A DNA stretch of 64,000 bases from Promethearchaeia archaeon (lineage in GTDB: Archaea; Asgardarchaeota; Lokiarchaeia; Sigyniarchaeales; SOKP01): contig JAHQWL010000072.1 of the NCBI GenBank assembly GCA_029856155.1, positions 58,683 through 122,682 on the forward strand, given 5' to 3'. The notes under the pieces were generated by a model. The model had not been told where the DNA came from, did not search any database, and saw only the letters and a list, made by a program, of their open reading frames with translations. The position numbers and the translations under genes are program-made. Below are positions 40,410 through 50,508 of the stretch, in pieces; the stretch's first letter is position 1, and the number at the start of each line of letters is the position of its first letter.

Positions 40410-41855
40410 ATGGAAAAAGCGAATTCTGAAACAAAATTAGTTGATTTTATAAGAAATACGAATGAGGACTTTATTGAAAATGAATTACGCCCCTTTTTAA
40501 AAATTCCAAGTAATACTCTTAACCATGAAGGGATTACAAGAGCAAAAAATTATCTCCTCTCTTATATCTCTGATTTTTCTGAAGAAATAAATGAATATGA
40601 TGGCGAAATAAATCCTCTAATCATTGCTAATGTAAAAGGAAATCTCGAGGAATCGCTATTAATATATATGATGTATGATACCCAACCTATTAGTAAAGAA
40701 AATGAGTGGATTAGCAACCCATTTAGAGCTGAAATGAAAATACTTCCTTATCCACTCGATAATTTAGGAAATTGTATCATAGCAAGGGGGGCTTATAATT
40801 CAAAAACTCCCTTATTATGTTTTTTAAATATAGTGAAAATATTGAAACATAAGGATAATCTACCAATATCTTTGATCCTTTTATTTGATGGTGATGAGGA
40901 AAAAGGTTCAGCTTCACTATTAAAATTCCTTAAAAGCAAAAATTCTAAAACACTATTTAAAAACTGTCTTGACGCTTATTACCCTGCAACTAAACAAGAT
41001 CTTAATAAAAAATCTATTTTAAAATTAGGATATAAAGGGATCTTATCAATAACAATTAAAATTTCATCCAGAAATAAAGAATCCCATTCCGCTTTTAGTG
41101 GAATGATCCCGAATCCCGCTATGGATTTAGTTTCTTTGCTTAATACCATTTATGTAAATAATAGATTTAAGATTAACAGTTTAAAAAGCCCATATAAAAT
41201 TACACCTGAAGAGGAATCTCTCATCGATATTCTTATGAAAGATCTAGATATCGAAAAAATAAAACAAAAGGCAGGTATTGAACAAACAATCGAAAAGGAT
41301 CCTCAAAAAACATTTATTAATTATTTATATAAGCCTACCTTTAATATTTCTACTTTAAAGTCAGGATTTTTAGAAGAAGGGGCAAAAAATTATGTTCCTA
41401 ATCAAGCTATTTGCAATATAGATATTAGATTCGCTCATGATGTCACAACTGAAGAAATTTTTAAAGAAATTAAGGAAAAAGGTGAGAAACTTTCTGAAAG
41501 GACTAAATCTCAAATTGAAATAACTAAAAATATAGGTTATGAAAGTTCTCGAGTAAGAAAAGATTCAGTTCTAGTTAAGAGTCTTATAGAAAGTGCTAAT
41601 GTTTTAAAGGTTTCAACTGAACTATGGCCATTAAGCGCCGCAGCAGCCCCATTAAGTAAGATTCAAAGAGATTTAGGATTGAACTTTATTACTGGAGGTT
41701 TAGGTATTGGTGGATTTGCCCATTCCGCTAATGAGTTTATTCAATATGACTCAATAATTAATACTAGACTGTCATATTATTATTTTCTACGAGAATATTC
41801 TAAGTTGCAATTAGAAAAATTAAGATTTAATCAAATAAACCAGCAAGACCCCTAG
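40410..41855 (+). CDS. M20/M25/M40 metallopeptidase family protein
   Basis: YMMYDTQP, ARGAYNSK, DGDEEKGS, GYKG, PTFNI, DIRF, AHSANE. Confidence 0.85.
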   Translation: MEKANSETKLVDFIRNTNEDFIENELRPFLKIPSNTLNHEGITRAKNYLLSYISDFSEEINEYDGEINPLIIANVKGNLEESLLIYMMYDTQPISKENEWISNPFRAEMKILPYPLDNLGNCIIARGAYNSKTPLLCFLNIVKILKHKDNLPISLILLFDGDEEKGSASLLKFLKSKNSKTLFKNCLDAYYPATKQDLNKKSILKLGYKGILSITIKISSRNKESHSAFSGMIPNPAMDLVSLLNTIYVNNRFKINSLKSPYKITPEEESLIDILMKDLDIEKIKQKAGIEQTIEKDPQKTFINYLYKPTFNISTLKSGFLEEGAKNYVPNQAICNIDIRFAHDVTTEEIFKEIKEKGEKLSERTKSQIEITKNIGYESSRVRKDSVLVKSLIESANVLKVSTELWPLSAAAAPLSKIQRDLGLNFITGGLGIGGFAHSANEFIQYDSIINTRLSYYYFLREYSKLQLEKLRFNQINQQDP

Positions 41856-42981
41856 TTCTTGGTTTAATAGCGCTTTCTGAACATAATTCTGCGCAACAGA
41901 AACAAGAAATGCATTTCTTTCTTAGAAATACTGGAAAACTATTTTCTTTAAATTCTATTGCCTCTGAAGCACAATTTCGAGCACATTCGCCACATTGTAC
42001 GCACTTAGACTTAATTAGATCAGGAATCTTTTTGATTATTTTATATCCTATATGCCCTGACATATAAGCGATAAAACTTGTAAAAGTATTTCCTGGGACA
42101 TTAAACTTAGGAGTTTGCTTTTTAGCCTTTTCAAGAGAAATTCCTACAATATCAATATTTTCTAAATTTCCAATGCCAAGGTTGCGCTCTATTGCATTTC
42201 TAACATGAGGAACGTTTTTAACTTTTAATTTCCCAATTTCTAGAGCTATTAAATCTAACGCTACTTCATCTGTCCCTGCAAGAATTAAATCCCATTTTTT
42301 CATTGTTCCTCCCCCTGGTCCCATCCTACCTTCCATAATCTCTTGTAGATCGTACACTATTAATCTATTTGGTTTATTCTTGACTATCCACGAAAAATTA
42401 TCTGCAAGGACTTTCCCAAATTGGTCAGCTGTTTTTCCAAATAGATGATAATGAGCTTTTAAACCTCCAGGGATGATTCCCCAATAATTTTTTATTGCTC
42501 CAGTCATTGTTGCTTCTAAATGTGATTTTAACCTTGGAAGGTTAATTAGTGTGTCACAATCTTTGACCGCCCTGGCAACATGAATTTGTTTTAGTCTTAA
42601 AGCACCATCTATTTCTTCGATTACAGGAGTTTTACTTTCAAAATCTACAAAATTTATGCCATATTTCTCACAAATTTCATAAACTCCAATATCTTTAGCA
42701 ACATCAGAACCTAATTTTTGAGACTGACCTGGTGAGTCTCCTAAATAAACATTATTCATAGACAATCCCTTTTCTTTTAAATAAGAAACAACACCTTCAA
42801 CGAAAGCTGGTTGAGTACATGCGTCTTTCTTTGAGGTAAGTAAATTAGGTTTCAAAAGTATTTGTTTAGAGCTTGAAAAATCAAATTGTAAAGTATCTTC
42901 AATTAACTTAATAGCTCCAACTACAGCTTTGGGTATAGATTCATAATCATTTACATTTACTATACTAACTCTAGTAGACAT
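41827..42981 (-). CDS. DUF362 domain protein with a C-terminal 2x[4Fe-4S] ferredoxin
   Basis: LLKPNL, GDSPG, INLPRLKSH, TGAIKN; CVQCGEC...C and CISCFCCAELC. Confidence 0.9.
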   Translation of the reverse strand: MSTRVSIVNVNDYESIPKAVVGAIKLIEDTLQFDFSSSKQILLKPNLLTSKKDACTQPAFVEGVVSYLKEKGLSMNNVYLGDSPGQSQKLGSDVAKDIGVYEICEKYGINFVDFESKTPVIEEIDGALRLKQIHVARAVKDCDTLINLPRLKSHLEATMTGAIKNYWGIIPGGLKAHYHLFGKTADQFGKVLADNFSWIVKNKPNRLIVYDLQEIMEGRMGPGGGTMKKWDLILAGTDEVALDLIALEIGKLKVKNVPHVRNAIERNLGIGNLENIDIVGISLEKAKKQTPKFNVPGNTFTSFIAYMSGHIGYKIIKKIPDLIKSKCVQCGECARNCASEAIEFKENSFPVFLRKKCISCFCCAELCSESAIKPRTRGLAGLFD

Positions 42982-43260
42982 AATAAAAATTGAAAAAATT
43001 TTTTTTCTTTATTGATATATTTCTTCTTATAAATTGTAAAAAATATTTTAAAGTTGAGTTTATAAGGTATCTAAAAACATTTATTTTTATAAATCTAATA
43101 TATTATAACTATAAAAATAATATAAAAAGAAATATCAGACTTAGTCAATCAAAAAGTCACTATATAACAATTTAAACTAGGTTTTGATTTTACAATAAGA
43201 TTTATAAATATCGAATATCAATATATTTAATCAACCAAGTAGAAAAAACGGCTGAGAAAA

Positions 43261-43794
43261 ATGGCTGACGCAATGTTTAAGATTGTCTTTTTCGGAGATG
43301 GAGGAGTCGGCAAAACAACGTTAATCAACCGATATCTAACTGGTGTCTTTAAGAGCGACAGCGTAATCACGATAGGAGTAGATTTCCACGTAAAAAAGGA
43401 AGAAATTGCGGGAAAGCGAGTTAGTTTACAAATCTGGGATTTTGCAGGGGAGGATCGATTTAGATTTCTTATGCCTAGTTATGTTGTTGGCGCTTCTGGA
43501 GGAATCTTTATGTTTGATATAACCAGATATACTAGCCTTAGAAATTTTAATGATTGGATTGAAATTTTTAAAAAAGGCTATAAAGGGGACAGCTCCCAAA
43601 TGCCTGTGTTGATGGTAGGAAGTAAATTGGATCTTGAATATAAAAGAGCCGTTTCTAGAGAGGATGCTTTTGAATTGGCTAAGGAACACAATCTCTTTGG
43701 TTATCTCGAATGCTCTGCAAAAGATGGCCAAAATGTAGGAGACATTTTTCAAGAAATCAGCCGTCTGATGATGATTAAAGCAGGATTATTGTAA
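43261..43794 (+). CDS. Rab-like small GTPase
   Basis: GDGGVGKT, TIGVDF, WDFAGEDRF, GSKLD, CSAK. Confidence 0.94.
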   Translation: MADAMFKIVFFGDGGVGKTTLINRYLTGVFKSDSVITIGVDFHVKKEEIAGKRVSLQIWDFAGEDRFRFLMPSYVVGASGGIFMFDITRYTSLRNFNDWIEIFKKGYKGDSSQMPVLMVGSKLDLEYKRAVSREDAFELAKEHNLFGYLECSAKDGQNVGDIFQEISRLMMIKAGLL

Positions 43795-43813
43795 AAACCT
43801 TATAAGTGAGATT

Positions 43814-44662
43814 CTAATTTTTTTTAAATACATCATCTAACTTATTTAATACGATATCAGGGAGTAAATTTCTATCAGATAAATTTGAATTTTTAGAATT
43901 ATTGTTTAATTCCTCAATCATTTCCATGCTTGTAACTCCAGTTAAAATCGCTATAGTTTTAATACCAGCTCGATTACCCGCTAAAATATCAGTATTCAAT
44001 CGATCCCCAAAAATACATGTGCGCTCGGCGGATATTTGTGTATCATTCAATATCATATTAATACCAAATGGTTCGGGTTTGCCAAAAATTCTGACTGGGT
44101 CTTTACCTGTACAAGTCATCAAAGCGTTCACCATTACACCAGCTCCTGGTTCTAATCCTCGAGCAACAGGTAATGTAGAATCTGCATTTGTTGCATAAAA
44201 TTGGGCACCACCTTCCAGAATACACTTTTGAGCAATTGCTAAATTACTATATTTAAAATCTCTATCAAGCCCCACAATTACAAAATCTATAGCTTTATAA
44301 TCTTTTGGTTTAGTTACAATAGTATGACCTAAAGATTGTAGTTCTATTCTCAATCCTTTTTCTCCTATTACAAAGATTTTAGCATTTTTCTTTATTTTTG
44401 TAATTTCAGCAGAAGTTATTGAAGCACTAGTATAAAAATCAGAGATTTCAGTTTTTATATTAAAATTATTCAATCTCTCAACATAAGTTTTTCTTGTTGC
44501 TGTTGAATTATTAGAATTATATACTACTTTAATAGAATGGTTCTTAAACTCTTTTATTATATTATCCGCATTAGGGATTAAGGAATCTCCCCGATAAATT
44601 ACTCCATCTAGATCAAATATCCCTAATTTAATATCTTTTAAATCGTCGATTAACTCATGCAT
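43814..44662 (-). CDS. HAD-IIA hydrolase (NagD-like)
   Basis: FDLDGVIY, SNNS, ATNAD, GKP, GDRLNTDI, LTGV. Confidence 0.92.
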   Translation of the reverse strand: MHELIDDLKDIKLGIFDLDGVIYRGDSLIPNADNIIKEFKNHSIKVVYNSNNSTATRKTYVERLNNFNIKTEISDFYTSASITSAEITKIKKNAKIFVIGEKGLRIELQSLGHTIVTKPKDYKAIDFVIVGLDRDFKYSNLAIAQKCILEGGAQFYATNADSTLPVARGLEPGAGVMVNALMTCTGKDPVRIFGKPEPFGINMILNDTQISAERTCIFGDRLNTDILAGNRAGIKTIAILTGVTSMEMIEELNNNSKNSNLSDRNLLPDIVLNKLDDVFKKN

Positions 44663-44669
44663 AGTATTA

Positions 44670-45818
44670 TTACCAACCGACTGGTAATCCTAATAAAAGT
44701 ATTAATAATTGAATACCTATTGGGATGCAGATTGGGTTTAAAATATTATCAGCTGTGTATACTGGAAAATAATCAGTTAGAAAGAAAATTACCGCTCCAA
44801 TTATTGCATATACTGGTCCTACAAGTATCAATCCAATTATGTATGCTAGAATCGTTCCCGCAAGAAAACCTTCTACTGATTTGGTGTCTCTACTCCTTAC
44901 TGTAACCTTATGTTTTCCATATCTTCTTCCGAATAATGCTGCTGCTGCATCTGAAAGACATGCAATAAGGACTCCTGTAAAAAATGCTAAAATATGGAGA
45001 AATCCTACCATATAGAGCATATAAGAAAAGATAAATCCTGTAATAATGTAAATCTGTGGCCCCATAGCATTTATCTCTTTATTTCTTAGCATTGATCTTG
45101 TTAAAAAATTAAAAATTGAGTATTCTGGACTCCAAATTATCCTAATTAAGTCAGAAATTATAGCAAAAATTAGCGCTCCAATCAAAGCCATCATTGTAAG
45201 ATCAATTACTGCTTGAAACATACCTGGAGTATAATAAAATAAAGAAATTGGACCCCAAATGAATTCATAGGCGGGTTGAATATCGTTGATTAACACAATT
45301 ACACTATCACTTATTATACGAGTAACTGGATAGAGTGCAAAAAACCCAAAATATGCAATAACTAGAAGAAAACCCATTAAATGAAAACCTTTTCTAACTA
45401 ACTCCATTTTAAATGTAATTTCCATTCGATAAGGGTCTTCTTTTGTCATTCTATCAATATATCTTCTTAAAACTGGTTTTTTTCCACTTTTTAATGTTCT
45501 CTCTTCAATTTCTGATTCAGTTCTGCTTACTTCTCTTTTAACTAATGCGAAAAAAGTAAAACTGATTAACAATGTAATCCCAATCCACCACACCATAAAT
45601 CCATTATATGGATAAGGGAAAAATCTCATAATAGAATTATAATATCCAAAAATTAAGAAACAAAAACCACAAATTATTGTTGTAATTCCACCGTACTTGT
45701 TATTTGCTTTAATTCCCTTTCGAGCAACTTGAAACATCAAAACCGTAAGGATAAAAAAGGACAGCGATAACGTTACATTATAAATACTATCAACAACGTT
45801 CCAATAGTCCATAATCAA
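44670..45818 (-). CDS. CTP-dependent polyprenol/diacylglycerol kinase (SEC59/DGK1/VTE5-like) with an extra N-terminal TM region
   Basis: ELVRKGFH, LRNKE, SDAAAALFGRRYG, KSVEG, DN. Confidence 0.85.
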   Translation of the reverse strand: MIMDYWNVVDSIYNVTLSLSFFILTVLMFQVARKGIKANNKYGGITTIICGFCFLIFGYYNSIMRFFPYPYNGFMVWWIGITLLISFTFFALVKREVSRTESEIEERTLKSGKKPVLRRYIDRMTKEDPYRMEITFKMELVRKGFHLMGFLLVIAYFGFFALYPVTRIISDSVIVLINDIQPAYEFIWGPISLFYYTPGMFQAVIDLTMMALIGALIFAIISDLIRIIWSPEYSIFNFLTRSMLRNKEINAMGPQIYIITGFIFSYMLYMVGFLHILAFFTGVLIACLSDAAAALFGRRYGKHKVTVRSRDTKSVEGFLAGTILAYIIGLILVGPVYAIIGAVIFFLTDYFPVYTADNILNPICIPIGIQLLILLLGLPVGW

Positions 45819-45883
45819 TCGCGTAAAGAATTGTATTAATTATTGAAATAATTTATAATTTTATAATTAGTTTAGCTTTAATA

Positions 45884-46933
45884 ATGTATACACATAAAAG
45901 TGATTTTTTTAAAGTATTATCAAAAGAGCCAACAACCCACGTTCCACTATATTGTACTGGATACCCAGAATTAACATTTATCGACAATTATGTTAACCAA
46001 TACAAATTTAAAACTAATAGAAAAGACATGGAATTAAACCAGAAAAATTATAATATTATAGAACAGATGGGATTTGATGCTATATCATTATGGGATTTTC
46101 GCCGAGGAGAAGGAGGTTATAATCTGGATGATCAAAGAAGAATAGACGGATGGGGCCGAATTTATAAAGGAGAATGGTATTTATGGCAGGGACTTTTTAG
46201 AAATGAAAAAATACTACAAGAATGGGAATATTTGACATTTCCATCTAAAAAGAAATTAATGATTTTGAAAGATTTCTTAAGGAGGACAAGCAAACATTTA
46301 GAATATGTAATCTCTTTACCTGGTTTATTTGAAAAAACTTGGCAATCCATGGGTTTTAATTATTTTGCTAAATGTTTAAGAAAGAATATTGAATTTGTGA
46401 AAATTGTTATCTCATATTTTTCAAAATATGTTAAAAAATTAATAAATATCCTTCAAACCGTTGGAGCACAAATATATCTTTTAGCAGATGATATTGGCTA
46501 CAGAAATAGAACATTTATTCCTAAAAATATATGGAAGGAATTATTCTTTAAAGCATATAGTGAGATTATAAATCTTATCCATAGTCGAAATCACAAAATA
46601 ATTATTCATTCTGATGGATATATCTCTGATATGATTGAAACTTTCATTAATTTAGGTTTTGATGGTGTTCAAAGTTTAGAGCCTAATGCGGGAGTCGATA
46701 TATTTCACCTCTTTAAAAAATTTAAAAATAGCATTTGTTTTATAGGCAATTTAGATATGTCTTTACTCACGTTCGGTACTCTAGAACAAGTAAAAGCCTA
46801 TGTTATTAAATTAATTACTAACGCAAGAAAATACAATTGCTCATTGGTAGTATCACCTTCACATCAAATTACTTCAAAATGTAAAGTAGAAAATATTAAT
46901 ACAATGATAAAAACGACTAAAATATTTAAATAA
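45884..46933 (+). CDS. URO-D/methyltransferase family protein
   Basis: DGWG, MGF, ADDIG, HSDG, SLEP.AG.D, FIGNLD, SPSH. Confidence 0.85.
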   Translation: MYTHKSDFFKVLSKEPTTHVPLYCTGYPELTFIDNYVNQYKFKTNRKDMELNQKNYNIIEQMGFDAISLWDFRRGEGGYNLDDQRRIDGWGRIYKGEWYLWQGLFRNEKILQEWEYLTFPSKKKLMILKDFLRRTSKHLEYVISLPGLFEKTWQSMGFNYFAKCLRKNIEFVKIVISYFSKYVKKLINILQTVGAQIYLLADDIGYRNRTFIPKNIWKELFFKAYSEIINLIHSRNHKIIIHSDGYISDMIETFINLGFDGVQSLEPNAGVDIFHLFKKFKNSICFIGNLDMSLLTFGTLEQVKAYVIKLITNARKYNCSLVVSPSHQITSKCKVENINTMIKTTKIFK

Positions 46934-47167
46934 TAATTTTGATAATTACTACAAGGAGATACTTTATAAAAATAATAACAGTGTTTGAGGTAGTTTTTAC
47001 AAAAATTTCTAAAGTTAATTAATAAAGAAATAATAATATAATTTATTAGAAAGTTCGAAATAAAAAAAAATAAATAAAATTAAAATAAGTTAATTATATC
47101 TATTATAGTAAGATTATATTACAAATCATCTCCGCAAAAATTATCTTATATCTAAATTACCAAAAAA

Positions 47168-47575
47168 ATGACTTCTATGGAATCGACTACTGAAAATCTT
47201 GATGATATATTAAAAAAACTCCTTGCAGCTATCCCAGAGGTAAAATCTGCTGCTATTGTTTCCGCTGAAGGGTTGCCCATTGCCTCCGCACTCCCACAGG
47301 GTGTGGATGAAACACGTATAGATGAATAATAAAAGTATTTATCGCGTAAAGCAGCAATGACGGCAGCACTTCTCTCCCTTGCCGAAAGGGCGGTTATCGA
47401 GATGGAGAAAGGCGAGTTCGATCAATTATATATCAAAGGGAATGATGGGTATTTATTAGTTATGCAAGCTGGCCCCAATGCCGTATTAACTGTTTCTACA
47501 ACGAAAGATGTACGGTTGGGACTAATATTTTTAGATTGTAAACGAACGTGCGAGAAAATAGCAAAACTCATATAA
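47168..47575 (+). CDS. Roadblock/LC7 protein split by a 30-nt insertion (exon1 47168-47319, exon2 47350-47575; 125 aa if spliced)
   Basis: Same frame upstream of the listed 72-aa ORF reads MTSMESTTENLDDILKKLLAAIPEVKSAAIVSAEGLPIASALPQGVDETRI[DE**KYLSRK]AAMTAALLSLAERA...GLIFLD. Confidence 0.9.
47320..47349 (+). other. Candidate bulge-helix-bulge/loop mRNA intron
   Basis: Central helix ACGU(47314-17)/GCGU(47344-47), 3-nt bulges AUA and AAA, intron stem GAUGAAUA/UAUUUAUC; the standard cut sites restore the frame. Confidence 0.75.
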
Positions 47576-47737
47576 TTCTCCTTCATAAAATTATAGAATT
47601 TCTAATTTGATAATTAACAAGTATTTTAAAGTAGAGCATTCCCAACATTCAGCTTTTTTAAGAAAAATATTATACTTCATTTTTTCTACCTGAGGTTTTT
47701 ATTTTTTTCTTTTCAAATTTAATTAAACATTATTGGA

Positions 47738-48055
47738 TTGGATTGCCCGATTTTAACCATTTTTGGACAACCTTCAAGGAGAAATCTTGATGCTTCTATA
47801 GATGATGTAGTTAGAATTCAAAAAACCAAAGATTATTTAGCTACCCAAGTCATATTTGCCGGATATCAAAAAAAGTATATCCTGAAAAATTCAAAGATTT
47901 TAGTAGAGAAATTAAAAAATAGGTTGGTGTCTAAAGGAGATATATTTTCCTTTCGTTCTGGAAGTAATAGAGTAGATCTTATAGTGGTAGACCATGCCCC
48001 TCAAGCGCAAATAGTAAAAATTCATAAGAAAACGAGAGTAACTATGCAAGAATAA
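47738..48055 (+). pseudogene. Fragment of a CDC48/VAT N-terminal domain with no AAA module
   Basis: RRNLDASIDDVVRI.K....ATQVIFA...L.NRLVSKGDI....LIVV..P...VKI...TRV pattern; the N-terminal part of the domain is absent. Confidence 0.55.
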
Positions 48056-48502
48056 GGTCCAAAATCTTCTTTTTTTTTATTACTAAAATAAATTTTAAAT
48101 TTATATCGCTTTTTTCTTTAAATAATGAGGAATCATCTATAGTTGTATGATTAAAAATTCCGCATATAGTCAATTTTTTCCTTATTCTTCATTTCATTCA
48201 GAACAATAAGAAATTTTAAAAAATTATTAAATATATTTCTGTCTTGAAATTCAATTTACCAGATTAAAATCCTTGATTATTAAAAGTAAAATTGCTTTAC
48301 TTTGTTTTTCTTTTAAATTGAGATAAGAAAGATAAGAATTATATACATTTTTATCCAATTATATATTGAAGACCAATGAAAGGATTAAAACTACTATATA
48401 AAAACTATCTGATAAATTAATCCTTTTAAGTTTGCAATAACAATTCAATAAGGAAAGTAAAAAATTTTAATGTTAACAATTAAATATAGTGAGGTATTAT
48501 AG

Positions 48503-48976
48503 ATGGCACAATATATTTGGAAATTAATAGGCGCAGGTGGTGTTTTTACACTATTTAGTGTGATTCTTCCTTCAGCTTTTTTCATAGAATCTGGAGTGTG
48601 GAGTTTATTATGGTCTATTGGTATTTTGTGGGGAGGTGACATTTCTGGAGATCAAATTATTGGTTTTTTTGATGATAATAGGTATATGCCAATTGGAGTA
48701 ACTACAACAGTTTTATTAATAATAGCTTTGATATTAATGGCCATAGCAGCTATAAATACAAAAAATGAGAGAAATTTCAAACTAAATGCAGGAATGAGTT
48801 TATTCGGCGGGATATTAACCATTATTGCTCCAATAGTATATTATTTCTATTTGACCGCAGAAATCCCTGCCGTTTTTTGGGTTGAGTTTCATCCATTTAT
48901 AGGAGTATTTCTTCCATTCTTCGCTGGAATCTTAGGAATTATTGGGGCTATTATGGTTGCAAAATCCGGGAAGTAG
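48503..48976 (+). CDS. Hypothetical multi-TM membrane protein
   Basis: GAGGT SD-like motif before the ATG; hydrophobic segments. Confidence 0.75.
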   Translation: MAQYIWKLIGAGGVFTLFSVILPSAFFIESGVWSLLWSIGILWGGDISGDQIIGFFDDNRYMPIGVTTTVLLIIALILMAIAAINTKNERNFKLNAGMSLFGGILTIIAPIVYYFYLTAEIPAVFWVEFHPFIGVFLPFFAGILGIIGAIMVAKSGK

Positions 48977-49103
48977 CTTGTAAATTTCATGAAAATCTAT
49001 ACTATTTTTTTTTATTATTAAATAATTTTTTAGGATAATTTCTAAGGATTTTATTGAATGTATTCTCTGATAAATTTCTTAACCACCTCGTAAAATTAAT
49101 ACC

Positions 49104-49391
49104 TTACCAATCATCAAATATACCATATTGTTCAGCAATTTCAGCTAATTCAAAAAATTCCTTGTATTCCGCGACAATTTTAAGGACTCTAACCAAATTA
49201 GTAATCAAACCCCCGAGTGAAACCATAGTACATAGAATTCCGATAAGCCATCCTATCGAGGGATCTCGGTAATCAAAATTATCCCAAATCAGTAATAACT
49301 CCACAATTCCTATTAGATACCAAAAAAGTAGGAACATAGAATGCCGTAGAATTTTTCTATTACTGTATGTGCTTAATCTTTTAATAAACAT
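49104..49391 (-). CDS. Small 2-TM hypothetical protein (possibly 5'-decayed)
   Basis: Two hydrophobic segments; the frame continues upstream past a TAA. Confidence 0.45.
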   Translation of the reverse strand: MFIKRLSTYSNRKILRHSMFLLFWYLIGIVELLLIWDNFDYRDPSIGWLIGILCTMVSLGGLITNLVRVLKIVAEYKEFFELAEIAEQYGIFDDW

Positions 49392-49674
49392 TAGAGGGAT
49401 AGCTTAGAAATATTGAAGGATTTGTTCGAGCACAGGTAATAGTTGCTCATAATCTTTCTTCTCTAAAAATCGTTTATTATTTACATATATTATAGTTTCA
49501 TTATTAACTAATAAAAGTGTGATATAATCATTTACCTTGAACTCATTCATTCCAAATATAATAATTTTCTTTCGTTTAAATTAATTACAAGATTCAAACA
49601 CGTAAATGTTAGGTATCTAAGATTTTAATATTTTTAGATTGTAAGCGAACGTGTGAAAAAATCGCGAAATTACT

Positions 49675-50394
49675 TTAATCTTCTTCTATTTTGGTATCAT
49701 TTATCAGATCATAATAAAGATAGATGTATGAATGTTTTAACACTTCACATTTCTTAAGCGTTAAAGTTTTGATATTGAATAAATCATCATCAGTTTGGGG
49801 AGGTATTCCATCTATCGATGTAGGGGTATCTTTTCCACCAATTAGACAGGGTGCTATTACAAGTGAAATATGATCTATGAGTTTTTTTCTAAGAAATTGA
49901 GAATTCAATGTCCCTCCTGATTGAATTGATAACTTTTCAATTTGAAAGTCTTGTTTTAGTTTTACAAATAAATCTACAATATTGATCTCATTTGGATAAA
50001 AAATAATATTCATTTCTTTTTCATTTGTTAATTCGAAAGCTGGATGGTTTTTATTGTTTGTAACAATATAAATAGATTTAAATGAATTTATTAGATAAAT
50101 GACACCCTTTTTTGCAAGATGTGGTTTGCGATCAATGATAATTAAGTTGACATCCTTATTATTGTCAGCTTTTTCACGTAAGTTAACACCAATTTTAGCT
50201 AATACCCTTCCACTGATTAAAGCATCTCTATCAGTTTTACGTAAAAGATCATAGTATTGATAATTTCCTTCTTTTATTCCCTTGATTTTAGGAAAATCTA
50301 TTTCTTGATCTCGTACATCGACATCCCCCGTAGAAATTTTTCCATCCAATGACTGCATGAGAAAAAGAGTTGTTTCAGGTCGATTCTTATCCAT
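49675..50394 (-). CDS. RibD C-terminal / DHFR-like reductase
   Basis: MQSLDGKIS, IQSGGTLN, LIDHISLVIAP.LIGG..TPT. Confidence 0.88.
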   Translation of the reverse strand: MDKNRPETTLFLMQSLDGKISTGDVDVRDQEIDFPKIKGIKEGNYQYYDLLRKTDRDALISGRVLAKIGVNLREKADNNKDVNLIIIDRKPHLAKKGVIYLINSFKSIYIVTNNKNHPAFELTNEKEMNIIFYPNEINIVDLFVKLKQDFQIEKLSIQSGGTLNSQFLRKKLIDHISLVIAPCLIGGKDTPTSIDGIPPQTDDDLFNIKTLTLKKCEVLKHSYIYLYYDLINDTKIEED

Positions 50395-50508
50395 TAATTT
50401 CTCACTTTTTATATTCTTTTAATAATTTAATAATTATTAAGTATAGTAATAAAATAATTAATAAAATCATAGTCAGTTGATTTACTAATCTCTTATAATT
50501 AAATTAAG

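Noticed and set aside
42990-43175. 61-aa ORF between DUF362 and the Rab-like gene
   Set aside because: Low-complexity translation of an AT-rich divergent promoter region
48056-48500. Long AT-rich gap that might hide a decayed gene or ncRNA
   Set aside because: No recognisable reading frame or stable structure by eye
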